64,000 nt of DNA from an uncultured Clostridia bacterium (GCA_944383015.1 CALWOC010000001.1:228148-292147), one strand, 5' to 3'; positions 1 to 10,675 are shown, counted from the stretch's first letter. The notes: a model not told the origin generated them from the sequence alone. A program made the numbers and translations.

Positions 1-1970
1 CCTGGTACCATTGCATCAGGATTAATTCCTTCTGGGAATGTTGTTTCTTTTAAATAATATGTTCCTGTTCTCATTGTTCCAGATACTGCATATCCTGTAT
101 TATCTGTTGGTCCTATTATTACTGGATTTCCATTTTTATCTATATACTCTTGTGTTGCATCTTCATCTAAATACACTGTAAAATATGCTCCTGATACTTT
201 TGCATCTGTTTTTCCAACTGTTTCATCAAGAAGTACCTTATTTACAGCAATCTTCATTTCTTTAGATGGATCTATTTTAGTATACTCATATGTATATCCC
301 TCATCTGATACAAACACATCAAAAGGTTCTATTGTATAAGCCTCATCTGGTGTTATATATTCTGTAACTGTATATGTTCCATATGGTATATTTTCTAATT
401 TACAAATTCCATCTTCTCCAGAAATTGTTGTTAAATATTCTTGTGAAGGATCATTTTTTAAAGTAATTTTAAATTGTGCTCCATTAAGATTTATTTCTGG
501 ATCATAATCTGTTTCACCTAATCTTTTTAATATCTTTAAATTTCCCTCTATAATATCATCAACAGCATCAAATGTTACAAGTAGAGTTCCATCTGGTTGT
601 TTTAATGCTTCATTTATATCTATTACATAAACTGTATTATTTAATAATGTACCTGTAGGCTCAGTAATTTCTTTTGCATAAAATAATGTTCCTGGTAAAT
701 ATCCAGTAGTTGCTTCACCATTTGCATCTGTTGTTATTGAAGTAATAAGATTTTTGCATTCCCTATCTGAATAAATTCCATATACAGCTCCTTGAAGCTC
801 TGAGTCTCCTTTATTTCCTGTAGTTGACTCTGTTGATTTTATAACTTTTGCTTTCATACTTACAACTTCAATCGGTAATGTTAACTCTGATTTTGGCAAA
901 GCTCCTTCAAATAATATTTGATGAGTTCCATTAAAATACCATCTTGATACTTCAGGATTATTTTTACTAAATCTCTCAACAATTATATTACCATTAAAGT
1001 AGCCACTAAAATTATTCGATACACTAATTACTAAATCGTTTCCTTGTCTCTCAGCACTAACTCCATCTGGTAAATCTGAAATAATATCATATTCAGCTAA
1101 ATTAAATACACCATTTGTATCAGTATATCTAATAGTTTCACCTGGATATATAATATTGTCTGTACCTACACTTTGAACAAAATTTGGCATTAAATTATCC
1201 TTAAAGTTTTCATAATATGTAACTAATTGTAAATATCTTTCAGCTGCAAGTCTTGTTAAATCTTCGTCCCACTCAACTTCATACCATGTTTCTTTATATC
1301 CATCACCATCTTGATCAATGTAATCTGAATGTGGTCTACCAATTCCATTTGCAGATAAAATTCCATCATTATTTTTATCCACTTGCCACCAGCTATAGTT
1401 CATATCCAAAAATTTATATCCATCATCTCTTCTTGGAATAGGATTTTTAGGATTATCTGATTGATTTGCTTGAAAAGCTGATGAACAACCTGTTGTTTGT
1501 GCCCACATAAACCATTGCGTTGCTACAATAGCAGCATTTTCTCCTGGATAATAAGTTTTTTCCCACATTGAAGCTATATTTAAAGATTTCTTTACTACAC
1601 TACTTAAATCGTTAAAATAATTAATTGCTGTGTTATTTCCATCGGCCCATGCATATGTTGAAATCAAATTACTAATTGATAGATTATTAACATCCATCTC
1701 TTGCATAACATAACTAACATTTAAATGTGTTGACACATTCTTTTGAATGCAATAAGCTATTCTTTGTTCACCAGTTACATTACTTCTTAAATTAAACTTA
1801 TCTACAGAAATATAATTTTGCTCAGAATAATCTCCGCATTCAAATTTATATCCTGTTTTTTGCCTTTCAGGAGTTACAATCCATTCTTCCGCTTTTACAT
1901 TAGTTTCTAATGCTAAAAAGCAACAAAATACTAAAAGTAAAATAACTCTTATCTTTTTAGCTATTTTCAT
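1..1970 (-). CDS. Secreted surface adhesin, C-terminus cut by the window edge: signal peptide, putative thioester-type head domain, at least 3 Cna-B/SpaA-like repeats
   Basis: Absent from the ORF track because it runs off the window. My translation from ATG 1970-1968 (SD AGGGGA upstream) stays open to position 1. N-terminus MKIAKKIRVILLLVFCCFLALETNVKA. Motifs AYCIQK and ATQWFMW. Repeats GAVYGIYSD..LFYAKEITEPTG, GAQFKITLK..IPYGTYTVTEYITPD, GAYFTVYLD..GTYYLKETTFPEG. Confidence 0.65.
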   Translation of the reverse strand, partial: MKIAKKIRVILLLVFCCFLALETNVKAEEWIVTPERQKTGYKFECGDYSEQNYISVDKFNLRSNVTGEQRIAYCIQKNVSTHLNVSYVMQEMDVNNLSISNLISTYAWADGNNTAINYFNDLSSVVKKSLNIASMWEKTYYPGENAAIVATQWFMWAQTTGCSSAFQANQSDNPKNPIPRRDDGYKFLDMNYSWWQVDKNNDGILSANGIGRPHSDYIDQDGDGYKETWYEVEWDEDLTRLAAERYLQLVTYYENFKDNLMPNFVQSVGTDNIIYPGETIRYTDTNGVFNLAEYDIISDLPDGVSAERQGNDLVISVSNNFSGYFNGNIIVERFSKNNPEVSRWYFNGTHQILFEGALPKSELTLPIEVVSMKAKVIKSTESTTGNKGDSELQGAVYGIYSDRECKNLITSITTDANGEATTGYLPGTLFYAKEITEPTGTLLNNTVYVIDINEALKQPDGTLLVTFDAVDDIIEGNLKILKRLGETDYDPEINLNGAQFKITLKNDPSQEYLTTISGEDGICKLENIPYGTYTVTEYITPDEAYTIEPFDVFVSDEGYTYEYTKIDPSKEMKIAVNKVLLDETVGKTDAKVSGAYFTVYLDEDATQEYIDKNGNPVIIGPTDNTGYAVSGTMRTGTYYLKETTFPEGINPDAMVP

Positions 1971-2151
1971 ATATATTCCCCTTTCAAAAAACAATATCTT
2001 TAAATTCTATTACTTATTTAATTATATAATAAACAAATAATATTTACATTATCTAGCTTTTACTTATGTTAAATTTAAATTATTATATCATTTATATTTA
2101 TATAATATTACACTTATATGAATAAAAAATGGCATTAATATTTCAAGTGAT

Positions 2152-2186
2152 AAAAAAACTGCTAACACATTTTATTGTGTTAGCAG
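2152..2186 (-). terminator. Rho-independent terminator of the Cys-rich peptide gene
   Basis: Perfect 11-bp stem ctgctaacaca/tgtgttagcag (2159-2169 / 2176-2186), followed on the minus strand by a T7 run. Confidence 0.75.
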
Positions 2187-2194
2187 TTTAATAT

Positions 2195-2410
2195 TTAGCA
2201 TTGATTAGAACAGTTACAAGAATCAGAACCATACCAATAATCATTTAATTGACTATTAGTACAACAATTGCAACAACAATTATCTTGAGTATTGTTATTA
2301 ATATTGTTACAAATATCTCTTAAACAACACCAACAACAGCACCAAGATGAATTATTATTTCTAAAGCAACAATTATTCCAATTATTGTTACGTCTATTAC
2401 AGCAGCACAT
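2195..2410 (-). CDS. 71-aa Cys/Asn-rich small protein (19 Cys, CC/CCC clusters), function unknown
   Basis: ATG preceded by AAAGGAGGAAT, with a strong terminator 9 nt after the stop. Candidate own promoter TAGCAA-16-TATAAT between it and fic. Confidence 0.6.
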   Translation of the reverse strand: MCCCNRRNNNWNNCCFRNNNSSWCCCWCCLRDICNNINNNTQDNCCCNCCTNSQLNDYWYGSDSCNCSNQC

Positions 2411-2496
2411 AATATTCCTCCTTTATATATAAGTGTTTAATACACTAATATATTATATGAGCAGTTTATTTTTTTGCTACTGTTTGTCCCTTTAAT

Positions 2497-3090
2497 TTAT
2501 ACTATTTTCTTTACGCTTCTTCTTAGCATTTTTATTTGTTCTGTTTCATCAAAAACAGCTTTAATACTAGCTTTTAAAATATCATCATGATTTATTTCAT
2601 ACCAGTCTATCACATAGCCACAGTCAAAACAAATCTCACGAATAAGCTCACGAATTGTTCTTCCATTTCCCTCTCTAAAAGGATGTAATACATTAAGTTC
2701 TGTCATAATATATGATAATCTTATAATAAAATCTTTAAATGGCATTTTCTTCATTTCTTCTATATTTATTTTTGAAAAAATTTGTTTTATATTATCTTCA
2801 ATATATTCAAATTCAGAAAATCTAAAATTTCCTTTAGTAATATTTTCTTGCCTATATTCTCCAGCAAAATAAAATATATCTTCAAATAAATATTTATGTA
2901 TAAACTTTAATCTTTCAGGAGTATAATCCATCTTTAAAGTTTGAGTGCTAATAGTAGCAATTTTAAAAGCCACCATTCTCGTCTCATACTCTTTTAATAA
3001 TTCCTCATCCTTTATACCAAGTTTATTTTTTAAGACATCTGTTCCCTTATATGTATATTTTGAATTAATTGCATCATACATTGTTATCAT
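2497..3090 (-). CDS. fic: Fic-domain protein (AMPylase-type toxin of a class I FicTA pair)
   Basis: Canonical Fic motif HPFREGNGRTIRE. Overlaps the upstream antitoxin gene. The start may be the ATG at 3081. Confidence 0.9.
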   Translation of the reverse strand: MITMYDAINSKYTYKGTDVLKNKLGIKDEELLKEYETRMVAFKIATISTQTLKMDYTPERLKFIHKYLFEDIFYFAGEYRQENITKGNFRFSEFEYIEDNIKQIFSKINIEEMKKMPFKDFIIRLSYIMTELNVLHPFREGNGRTIRELIREICFDCGYVIDWYEINHDDILKASIKAVFDETEQIKMLRRSVKKIV

Positions 3091-3259
3091 TCATTTTAGA
3101 TATTATATCTTTTTTTATAATATCTATTCCTTCTTGCTCAGTTATTTTATTATCTAAAAATTGATTTATAAGAGAAACATCTTTATCTTGTAACTCAAAA
3201 CCTTCCATTGCCATTGTAGCTTTTATATTTTCAATAAGCTTTTCATCATTTGTTAACAT
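3074..3259 (-). CDS. VbhA-like Fic antitoxin
   Basis: 61 aa counted from the ATG with SD AAAGGATG. Inhibitory motif (S/T)xxxE(G/N) present as T-M-A-M-E-G. Stop overlaps the fic start. Confidence 0.7.
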   Translation of the reverse strand: MLTNDEKLIENIKATMAMEGFELQDKDVSLINQFLDNKITEQEGIDIIKKDIISKMNDNNV

Positions 3260-3273
3260 TAAAATCACATCCT

Positions 3274-4983
3274 TTATAATTTAGAGATTGTGTCTTCCAT
3301 TCTAACTAGAGTTATATCTTTACCTAATAATTGCATTATACTATATATATCTGGTGTATTTTTTCTATTTGTTACAGCCATTCTTACTATTGAAGAAAAA
3401 TCTGCAATACTTCCAATATAGTTTTCTGGATTTGCTTTATATTCTTTCATATTTGTACAGAATCCTAGATTTTGTGCAACAGATTTCATTCTTTCAAACC
3501 ATTCATCTTTAGTATCATTTTCATTATATGCCTCTTTATATGCTTCAAGAGATTTTTTTATAACATCTAAAGTTAAAGTATCCTTTTCTTCTGGTAATGT
3601 TTTTATTAAATATCCTTGTTCTTTTAATTCATTTGCATAATTATCTTTAAAGAAATATCTAAATGTAGGTTCTACATCTTCCCATTTATATATATCTTTT
3701 CTAATTTTTGTTGCATTATCCCTTTCAAGTCCAAAGACTTTTTTTGCATAATCCAAGTCTTCATTTAATAAGTCATAAAAATCTTTATTATATTCTTTAG
3801 ACCATTCAAGTACATTTTTTAATACTTCTTCACTATTCATTTTAGCAATAGCTTCTTTAGAAAGATCATTTAATTTTGGAATATCTAAAAGAGAACCTGC
3901 GCTACTCATTTTACTTAGTTTAAACTCAAAATCTTTATATGACTTATCTTTATTTTTAGATTTCCACATTTCAAAATCTGAATTTAAAATAGTCATTAAG
4001 TAATCATTAAGCCCTTCTACTGGATAGCCAGCTGAAATAAAATATGATACTGCTGCTACTTTATCTTTTCTTTTAGATAGTTTTCTTTTTGATTCTCCAT
4101 CTTTAATCATAATTGTTGGAGTATGAATATAGTGTGGTGCTTTAAATCCCATAGCATCAAATAATTGTAAATGCTTCGGAACTGATGGAAGCCATTCTTC
4201 TGCACGTACCACATGTGTTGTATGCATAAAATGATCATCACAAACATGTGCAAAGTGATAAGTTGGAAGTCCATCTGACTTGATAATAACTATATCTTCA
4301 TCATTATCTGCCATTTCAATTTTTCCTCTTGCATCATCTATAAAGCTAATCTTTTTTAGATGTGAACCATTTGATCTAAATCTTAAAATAAATTTTTCTC
4401 CTCTTTTTACTCTTTCAATTGATTCATCTATAGAAATATTTCTACATTTTGCATAGATTCCATAATATCCTGGTATTACCTTATTTGCAACTTGTGCATC
4501 ATGTGTCTTTTGAAGCATTTCTTGTGTACAAAAACAAGGATAAGCTCTACCAATTTCAATTAAATGTTTAGCACATATTCTATAAATGTCTTTTCTTTTT
4601 GATTGCGTATATGGTCCATAATGTCCAATTTCCTTATCTTTTCCAACTACACCTTCATCAGGCATAAGATCAAAATGCTTAAGACCTGCAATAATTTCAT
4701 CTACTGCACCTTCTACTTCTCTTTTTTGATCTGTATCTTCTACCCTAACATAAAACACACCATCACTTTGATTTGCAAGCTTTTTATTTACCATTGCTTG
4801 AAATAAAGTACCAGTATGCATCATTCCTGTAGGTGAAGGTCCAATTCTTACAACTTTTGCATCTGCTTTTAAATTTCTTTCTGGATATTTTATTTCTAAA
4901 TCATCTACTGTTTCATCTACGTCTGGGAATATTAAATATGCAAGTTCATAGCATTTTCTCTCGTATTCTTTATCCATTTCCAT
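3274..4983 (-). CDS. gltX: Glutamate--tRNA ligase (long form, 569 aa)
   Basis: PSPTGMMHTGT (HIGH-like), VRVEDTDQKRE and KLSKRK (KMSKS-like). SD AAAGGAG. Confidence 0.85.
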   Translation of the reverse strand: MEMDKEYERKCYELAYLIFPDVDETVDDLEIKYPERNLKADAKVVRIGPSPTGMMHTGTLFQAMVNKKLANQSDGVFYVRVEDTDQKREVEGAVDEIIAGLKHFDLMPDEGVVGKDKEIGHYGPYTQSKRKDIYRICAKHLIEIGRAYPCFCTQEMLQKTHDAQVANKVIPGYYGIYAKCRNISIDESIERVKRGEKFILRFRSNGSHLKKISFIDDARGKIEMADNDEDIVIIKSDGLPTYHFAHVCDDHFMHTTHVVRAEEWLPSVPKHLQLFDAMGFKAPHYIHTPTIMIKDGESKRKLSKRKDKVAAVSYFISAGYPVEGLNDYLMTILNSDFEMWKSKNKDKSYKDFEFKLSKMSSAGSLLDIPKLNDLSKEAIAKMNSEEVLKNVLEWSKEYNKDFYDLLNEDLDYAKKVFGLERDNATKIRKDIYKWEDVEPTFRYFFKDNYANELKEQGYLIKTLPEEKDTLTLDVIKKSLEAYKEAYNENDTKDEWFERMKSVAQNLGFCTNMKEYKANPENYIGSIADFSSIVRMAVTNRKNTPDIYSIMQLLGKDITLVRMEDTISKL

Positions 4984-5011
4984 ATAAATAACTCCTTTTC
5001 CATCTAAATAA

Positions 5012-6898
5012 TTATTTTTTATCCATATCTACATCCATAAGGATTGGTAATATCATTGGTTGTCTCTTTGTTTTTGTATAAATATATTTTATTAAAGATT
5101 CTCTAACTCTAGTCTTTATAACTGACCATTCTCTTACATTTTGCTCTTCACATTTTGCAAGTTCTTTTTTGGCAACATCTTTAATTTCTTCAATTAAAGG
5201 TTCATTTTCTCTAACATATACAAAACCACGAGTAACTATATCTGGTCCTGAAACTACACGTGCTGTTTTTCTATCTAATGATATTACAACAATAATCATA
5301 CCATTTTCTGATAATAATTGTCTATCTCTTAAAACAATATTTCCAACATCTCCAACTCCAAGCCCATCAACTAATACAATTCCTGATGTTACTTGAGTTG
5401 TCATCTTAGCACTATTTTTATCTATTTCTAATATTCTACCATTTTCCATTATAAATATATTTTCTTTTGGAACACCAGTATCAACAGCAAGTTGACCATG
5501 TTGTTTTAAAAATCTATATTCACCATGTACAGGCATAAAATATTTAGGTCTAACAAGACTTAACATTAATTTTAACTCTTCTTGACATGCGTGACCAGAT
5601 ACGTGTACATCAGCAATTTGACTATAAATTACTTCTGCTCCTAATTTTTCAAGTTCATCTATAACTTTACCTATTGATTTTTCATTTCCTGGTATTGCAG
5701 AAGATGAAAATATAATCATATCATCTGGTGTAATCTGTACTTTTTTATGCTCTCCAGCAGACATACGTGATAATGCTGCCATTGGTTCTCCTTGAGAACC
5801 AGTTGTTATTATAACTAGTTGTTCTGGATTGTATATATTTATCTTATCTATATCAATTATTGTTCCCTCTGGAGCATTTAAATATCCTAATTCTTGTGAT
5901 ACAGCAAGTACATTTACCATACTACGACCAACTACAGCTACTTTTCTTTTAAATTTTACTGCTGAATTAATTATTTGTTGCATTCTATGAACATTAGATG
6001 CAAATGTAGCAACAATAATTCTCTTATTACAATTAGTAAATAATCTATCTAACTCTTTACCAACACTTCTTTCTGACATTGTATGACCTGGTCGTTGAAC
6101 GTTAGTACTATCTGAAAGTAGCAAAGTTACTCCCTCTTTACCAATTTCTGCAATTCTTTGTAAGTCAATATATCCACCATCTATTGGAGTATAATCTACT
6201 TTAAAGTCACCTGTATGTAAAATTGTACCAACTGGTGTTGTAATAGCAATTGCCATTGAATCTGCTATAGAGTGGGTTACCCTAATAAATTCTACTTTAA
6301 ATTTTCCAAATTTTATAATTTGTCTAGGCTCTATAGTTACTAATTTTGTTTGTTTATCTAAGTTATGTTCTGCAAGTTTTACTTTTATTAATCCAAGCGC
6401 CAATTTACTTCCATAAACTGGTACATTTATTTTCTTTAAAAAATATGGTATAGCACCGATATGATCCTCGTGACCATGTGTTATTAAAACAGCTTTTACT
6501 TTTTCTTTATTTTTCTCTAGATATGAAATATCTGGTATAACTATATCTACACCTAACATTTCATCTTCTGGAAACGCTAAACCACAGTCTACAACAATAA
6601 TCTCATTTTCATATTCAAATGCTGTTATGTTTTTTCCTATTTCATTCATTCCACCAAGAGGTATTATTTTAAGTTTTGATTTAGAAAAAAGACTATTTTG
6701 TTTTTTAGTCTTTTTTTCTACTTCTTTCTCAACTGGTTGAATATTTTCAATTATTATTTCTTCATTTTTTGAATTCATTAATTTTTCTTTTGTATCTTTT
6801 TTTAATCTTTTATTAACACTACTTGTTTTTTTACTACTACTGCTTTTAGTCTTAACAGATTTAGTAGTATTTTTGCTTTTGTTATTATCTTCTTCCAT
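5012..6898 (-). CDS. rnj: Ribonuclease J (MBL + beta-CASP) with a roughly 75-aa Lys/Ser-rich N-terminal extension
   Basis: HGHEDHIG motif and RNase J-like architecture. SD AAAGGAGAG. Confidence 0.9.
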   Translation of the reverse strand: MEEDNNKSKNTTKSVKTKSSSSKKTSSVNKRLKKDTKEKLMNSKNEEIIIENIQPVEKEVEKKTKKQNSLFSKSKLKIIPLGGMNEIGKNITAFEYENEIIVVDCGLAFPEDEMLGVDIVIPDISYLEKNKEKVKAVLITHGHEDHIGAIPYFLKKINVPVYGSKLALGLIKVKLAEHNLDKQTKLVTIEPRQIIKFGKFKVEFIRVTHSIADSMAIAITTPVGTILHTGDFKVDYTPIDGGYIDLQRIAEIGKEGVTLLLSDSTNVQRPGHTMSERSVGKELDRLFTNCNKRIIVATFASNVHRMQQIINSAVKFKRKVAVVGRSMVNVLAVSQELGYLNAPEGTIIDIDKINIYNPEQLVIITTGSQGEPMAALSRMSAGEHKKVQITPDDMIIFSSSAIPGNEKSIGKVIDELEKLGAEVIYSQIADVHVSGHACQEELKLMLSLVRPKYFMPVHGEYRFLKQHGQLAVDTGVPKENIFIMENGRILEIDKNSAKMTTQVTSGIVLVDGLGVGDVGNIVLRDRQLLSENGMIIVVISLDRKTARVVSGPDIVTRGFVYVRENEPLIEEIKDVAKKELAKCEEQNVREWSVIKTRVRESLIKYIYTKTKRQPMILPILMDVDMDKK

Positions 6899-7026
6899 TA
6901 AATCTCTCCTTTTCTATATACTTTTCAATCTGCATTTTAACATAACTTTTTTACCCGTACATTTATTTTAATAGCAACATTGCCATTTTAACTAAATTAA
7001 GATATATCACGTAATAAGACTATATA

Positions 7027-7055
7027 ATTATAACATATATATGTTTAAAAGTCAA
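7027..7055 (-). promoter_or_regulatory. Sigma-70-type promoter upstream of rnj-gltX
   Basis: Minus strand TTGACT-17 nt-TATAAT. Leaves a 5' UTR of about 125 nt. Confidence 0.5.
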
Positions 7056-7072
7056 TTTTACATAAAAAGAAA

Positions 7073-7094
7073 AAAGATGTAAAATTACATCTTT
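7073..7094 (-). terminator. Terminator of the 238-aa membrane protein gene
   Basis: Stem aaagatgtaa/ttacatcttt abuts the stop codon, with a T-run on the minus strand. Confidence 0.6.
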
Positions 7095-7811
7095 TTAATT
7101 TGAAAAAAATCTAGTATCAATAGTTTTAAAACTAGTATCTGAATATTTTACAATAACACTTTTACTATTATTAAAATAATTATTTTCAGGTATATCAGAT
7201 TCAAAATCTAAAGTTTTACCTGATTTTATAACTAGTCCTTCAAAAAAACAACCTGCATACTCTATAGTCTTTTGAACAGTATTTCCATCTTCATCTTTTA
7301 AGAAGAAAATAATTTGTGATGGATATAAGTCTCTTTCTCCATTATTTGTCACATATCCAGTTACTTTTTTTCCATCATTTGTTATATCTAATGAAATTTC
7401 TTCTGGATAATAATTAATAATATCATACTCTACAGATATTATTTTTAAGTCTAAACTTTCTTCTGTATTAAAAGCTACCAATTTATATTGTTCATCTTGT
7501 TCCATATCATAAAGCTCATATGTTGCTTCACCTAGACTAAATACAACCTTTTTTAAGTATTCACCAGATGTATTTTTAATTACAACTTCGTAATTTTCTG
7601 AGTCATATTCTTCTTGATACTCTTTTTTAGAACTTATTATTTCAAGAATTTGTTTCTCTTTTTCAACTATATTTGTCTTTTCTTCTAAATAAGAACTGAC
7701 TACATCCTCTTTTTGTGGTTCATTACCAAAAAAACTTGTGTATAAAAATACACCTCCACCAACAACAATAGCTCCTATTGCTGTTCCAACAAGTAAACTC
7801 TTTAGATTCAT
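7095..7811 (-). CDS. Membrane-anchored hypothetical protein (one N-terminal TM helix, beta-rich ectodomain)
   Basis: Start moved to the ATG (MNLKSLL) behind SD AGGAGGGAG. The track ORF begins 10 codons upstream. Confidence 0.6.
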   Translation of the reverse strand: MNLKSLLVGTAIGAIVVGGGVFLYTSFFGNEPQKEDVVSSYLEEKTNIVEKEKQILEIISSKKEYQEEYDSENYEVVIKNTSGEYLKKVVFSLGEATYELYDMEQDEQYKLVAFNTEESLDLKIISVEYDIINYYPEEISLDITNDGKKVTGYVTNNGERDLYPSQIIFFLKDEDGNTVQKTIEYAGCFFEGLVIKSGKTLDFESDIPENNYFNNSKSVIVKYSDTSFKTIDTRFFSN

Positions 7812-7929
7812 AAAATCTCTCCCTCCTATAATTAAGGCCAATAATTAGACAAATACATTAGTTTTTTAGCCTTTGTAAATTTTTAATACAATTTAATTAT
7901 ACCACTTTTTGTAATTTATGTCAACTTTG

Positions 7930-7959
7930 TTGACTTAAAGCTACTTATGATGATATAAT
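7930..7959 (+). promoter_or_regulatory. Promoter of the interrupted HTH gene
   Basis: TTGACT-18 nt-TGaTATAAT (extended -10). Confidence 0.5.
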
Positions 7960-8011
7960 AAAAGTGTAGATTATATATTTACTACTAATTAATTAAATAG
8001 GAGGTGAGAAT

Positions 8012-8460
8012 ATGTCTAAAAAGCTAAGTAATTATGATATACAAAATATCTGTAAAAGATATGCTTTAGATAACATTTCAATGGATAAGCTAGCTAAAGA
8101 ATATAACTGTTCAAATAGCAAAATATCTAAATCTATTCATAAAGCAATTGTATTTCGGTATTATAGACCTAGAGATGGCTAACACAATCATGATTAAAGC
8201 TGCAAGCAATATGGACAAAAAAATGAGAGAAAAACGGATTTAGACATAAATCTTACAAAGTAGAAAGGAAATATAAGCAACTTATGGAAAAGGCAGTAAA
8301 AAGACAAGTTTTGCTTTGTAAACTTGAAGAATTAGAACATAAGCTAAGCATTTACGATGAATCGTATTCTGATGCTGATGAAATTGATTTTTCAAAGGAG
8401 GATTTAGAAAATCAAATAGAAGATTTAAAGAAACAATTAAAAGAAGTAGAAAAAGTATAA
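8012..8460 (+). pseudogene. Small HTH-type protein gene (about 149 codons) interrupted by two +1 frame changes: pseudogene, assembly error or recoding
   Basis: SD GGAGGTGA + ATG 8012. Frame 0 stops at 8180, frame +1 is open 8094-8240, and frame +2 is open 8227-8460. The segments read as one protein: ..DKLAKEYNCSNSKISKSIHKAIVF / GIIDLEMANTIMIKAASNMDKKMREK / GFRHKSYKVERKYKQLMEKAV..EDLKKQLKEVEKV. Confidence 0.45.
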
Positions 8461-8464
8461 AAAA

Positions 8465-8495
8465 ATATGACTGATAATTTATTTATCAGTCATAT
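8465..8495. terminator. Bidirectional terminator shared by the HTH gene and eno
   Basis: Perfect 13-bp stem atatgactgataa/ttatcagtcatat flanked by an A-run and a T-run. Confidence 0.75.
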
Positions 8496-8505
8496 TTTTT
8501 ATAAA

Positions 8506-9819
<1,314 letters not shown>

Positions 9820-9859
9820 TTAAAATTCCTCCTTATACTTAACTAATAATTTATATAAA

Positions 9860-10675
9860 CTACACAATATCACGTAGTTTTTGCCTTCTTTTTCTTTCTT
9901 CTGCTTTTTGAAGTAACTCAATTTTCCTATTTTGATACTTCTCTTCTACTTCTTTTTTATATTCTTCAACTCTAATTTTCTTATCTTGTTTATCATATTC
10001 TTTCATTCTTTGATTTAATTCATATTTTGGTATAGAATAACTATCATTATCAATATAATATCCAAGTTCTGCTTTATAGAGTTCATCTTCTTCAATATTT
10101 TCATCATATTCTTCTAATATTTCTTCTGATTTTTCTTGAACTTTATATATTTTTAAAATCTCATCTGAAATATCATATATTGTCTTTCTTGTATCAAGCC
10201 AATCTATATCTAAATCTTTTCCATATCTTCTTACTATATTTCTAGACATATATGTAAATATAGCTACAAATCTTTTAGGTGTAATCTCTTTATTAAAAAG
10301 TCTCTCTTTTAAGTCTTCTGCTAAATCTTCCAAATCTTCTCTTATTTGCTTTTTCTTTTCTGTTTTGATTCTAGTAGCTTTAGCTTCTTTTTGCTTTTCT
10401 TCTTTTTCTTTTTTTCTTGCTACAAATTTTTCAAATTCCTCTTTAGTAGCTTTATCATAATATACAACACGATTGCAATTTGGACATTTTATTTTTAAAG
10501 GACTACTTCCCTGAACAACATAGTAATTAAATGGTTTTAGATATTTAGGAGGATTAGAAAAATTATACATAGTCCCACAAATTCTACATACAAAGATTTG
10601 ATCTTGATGTTCTACTTCTTTTTCTTCATCTTCATCAAATTCTTCTTGTGAATCATATTCATTATTAATATCCAT
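9860..10675 (-). CDS. Zinc-ribbon (CxxC..CxxC) protein with long Lys/Glu-rich regions, unknown function
   Basis: CRICG..CPNC motifs and SD AGGAGGT. Sits between gpmI and eno. Confidence 0.6.
   Translation of the reverse strand: MDINNEYDSQEEFDEDEEKEVEHQDQIFVCRICGTMYNFSNPPKYLKPFNYYVVQGSSPLKIKCPNCNRVVYYDKATKEEFEKFVARKKEKEEKQKEAKATRIKTEKKKQIREDLEDLAEDLKERLFNKEITPKRFVAIFTYMSRNIVRRYGKDLDIDWLDTRKTIYDISDEILKIYKVQEKSEEILEEYDENIEEDELYKAELGYYIDNDSYSIPKYELNQRMKEYDKQDKKIRVEEYKKEVEEKYQNRKIELLQKAEERKRRQKLRDIV

Noticed and set aside
8150-8240. Treating the two CGG codons as proof of codon reassignment or programmed frameshifting
   Set aside because: One extra base in a T or A run placed before ..C GGx creates a CGG automatically. 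The association is therefore partly trivial, and sequencing error remains the simplest explanation. It is kept as a finding only with that caveat.
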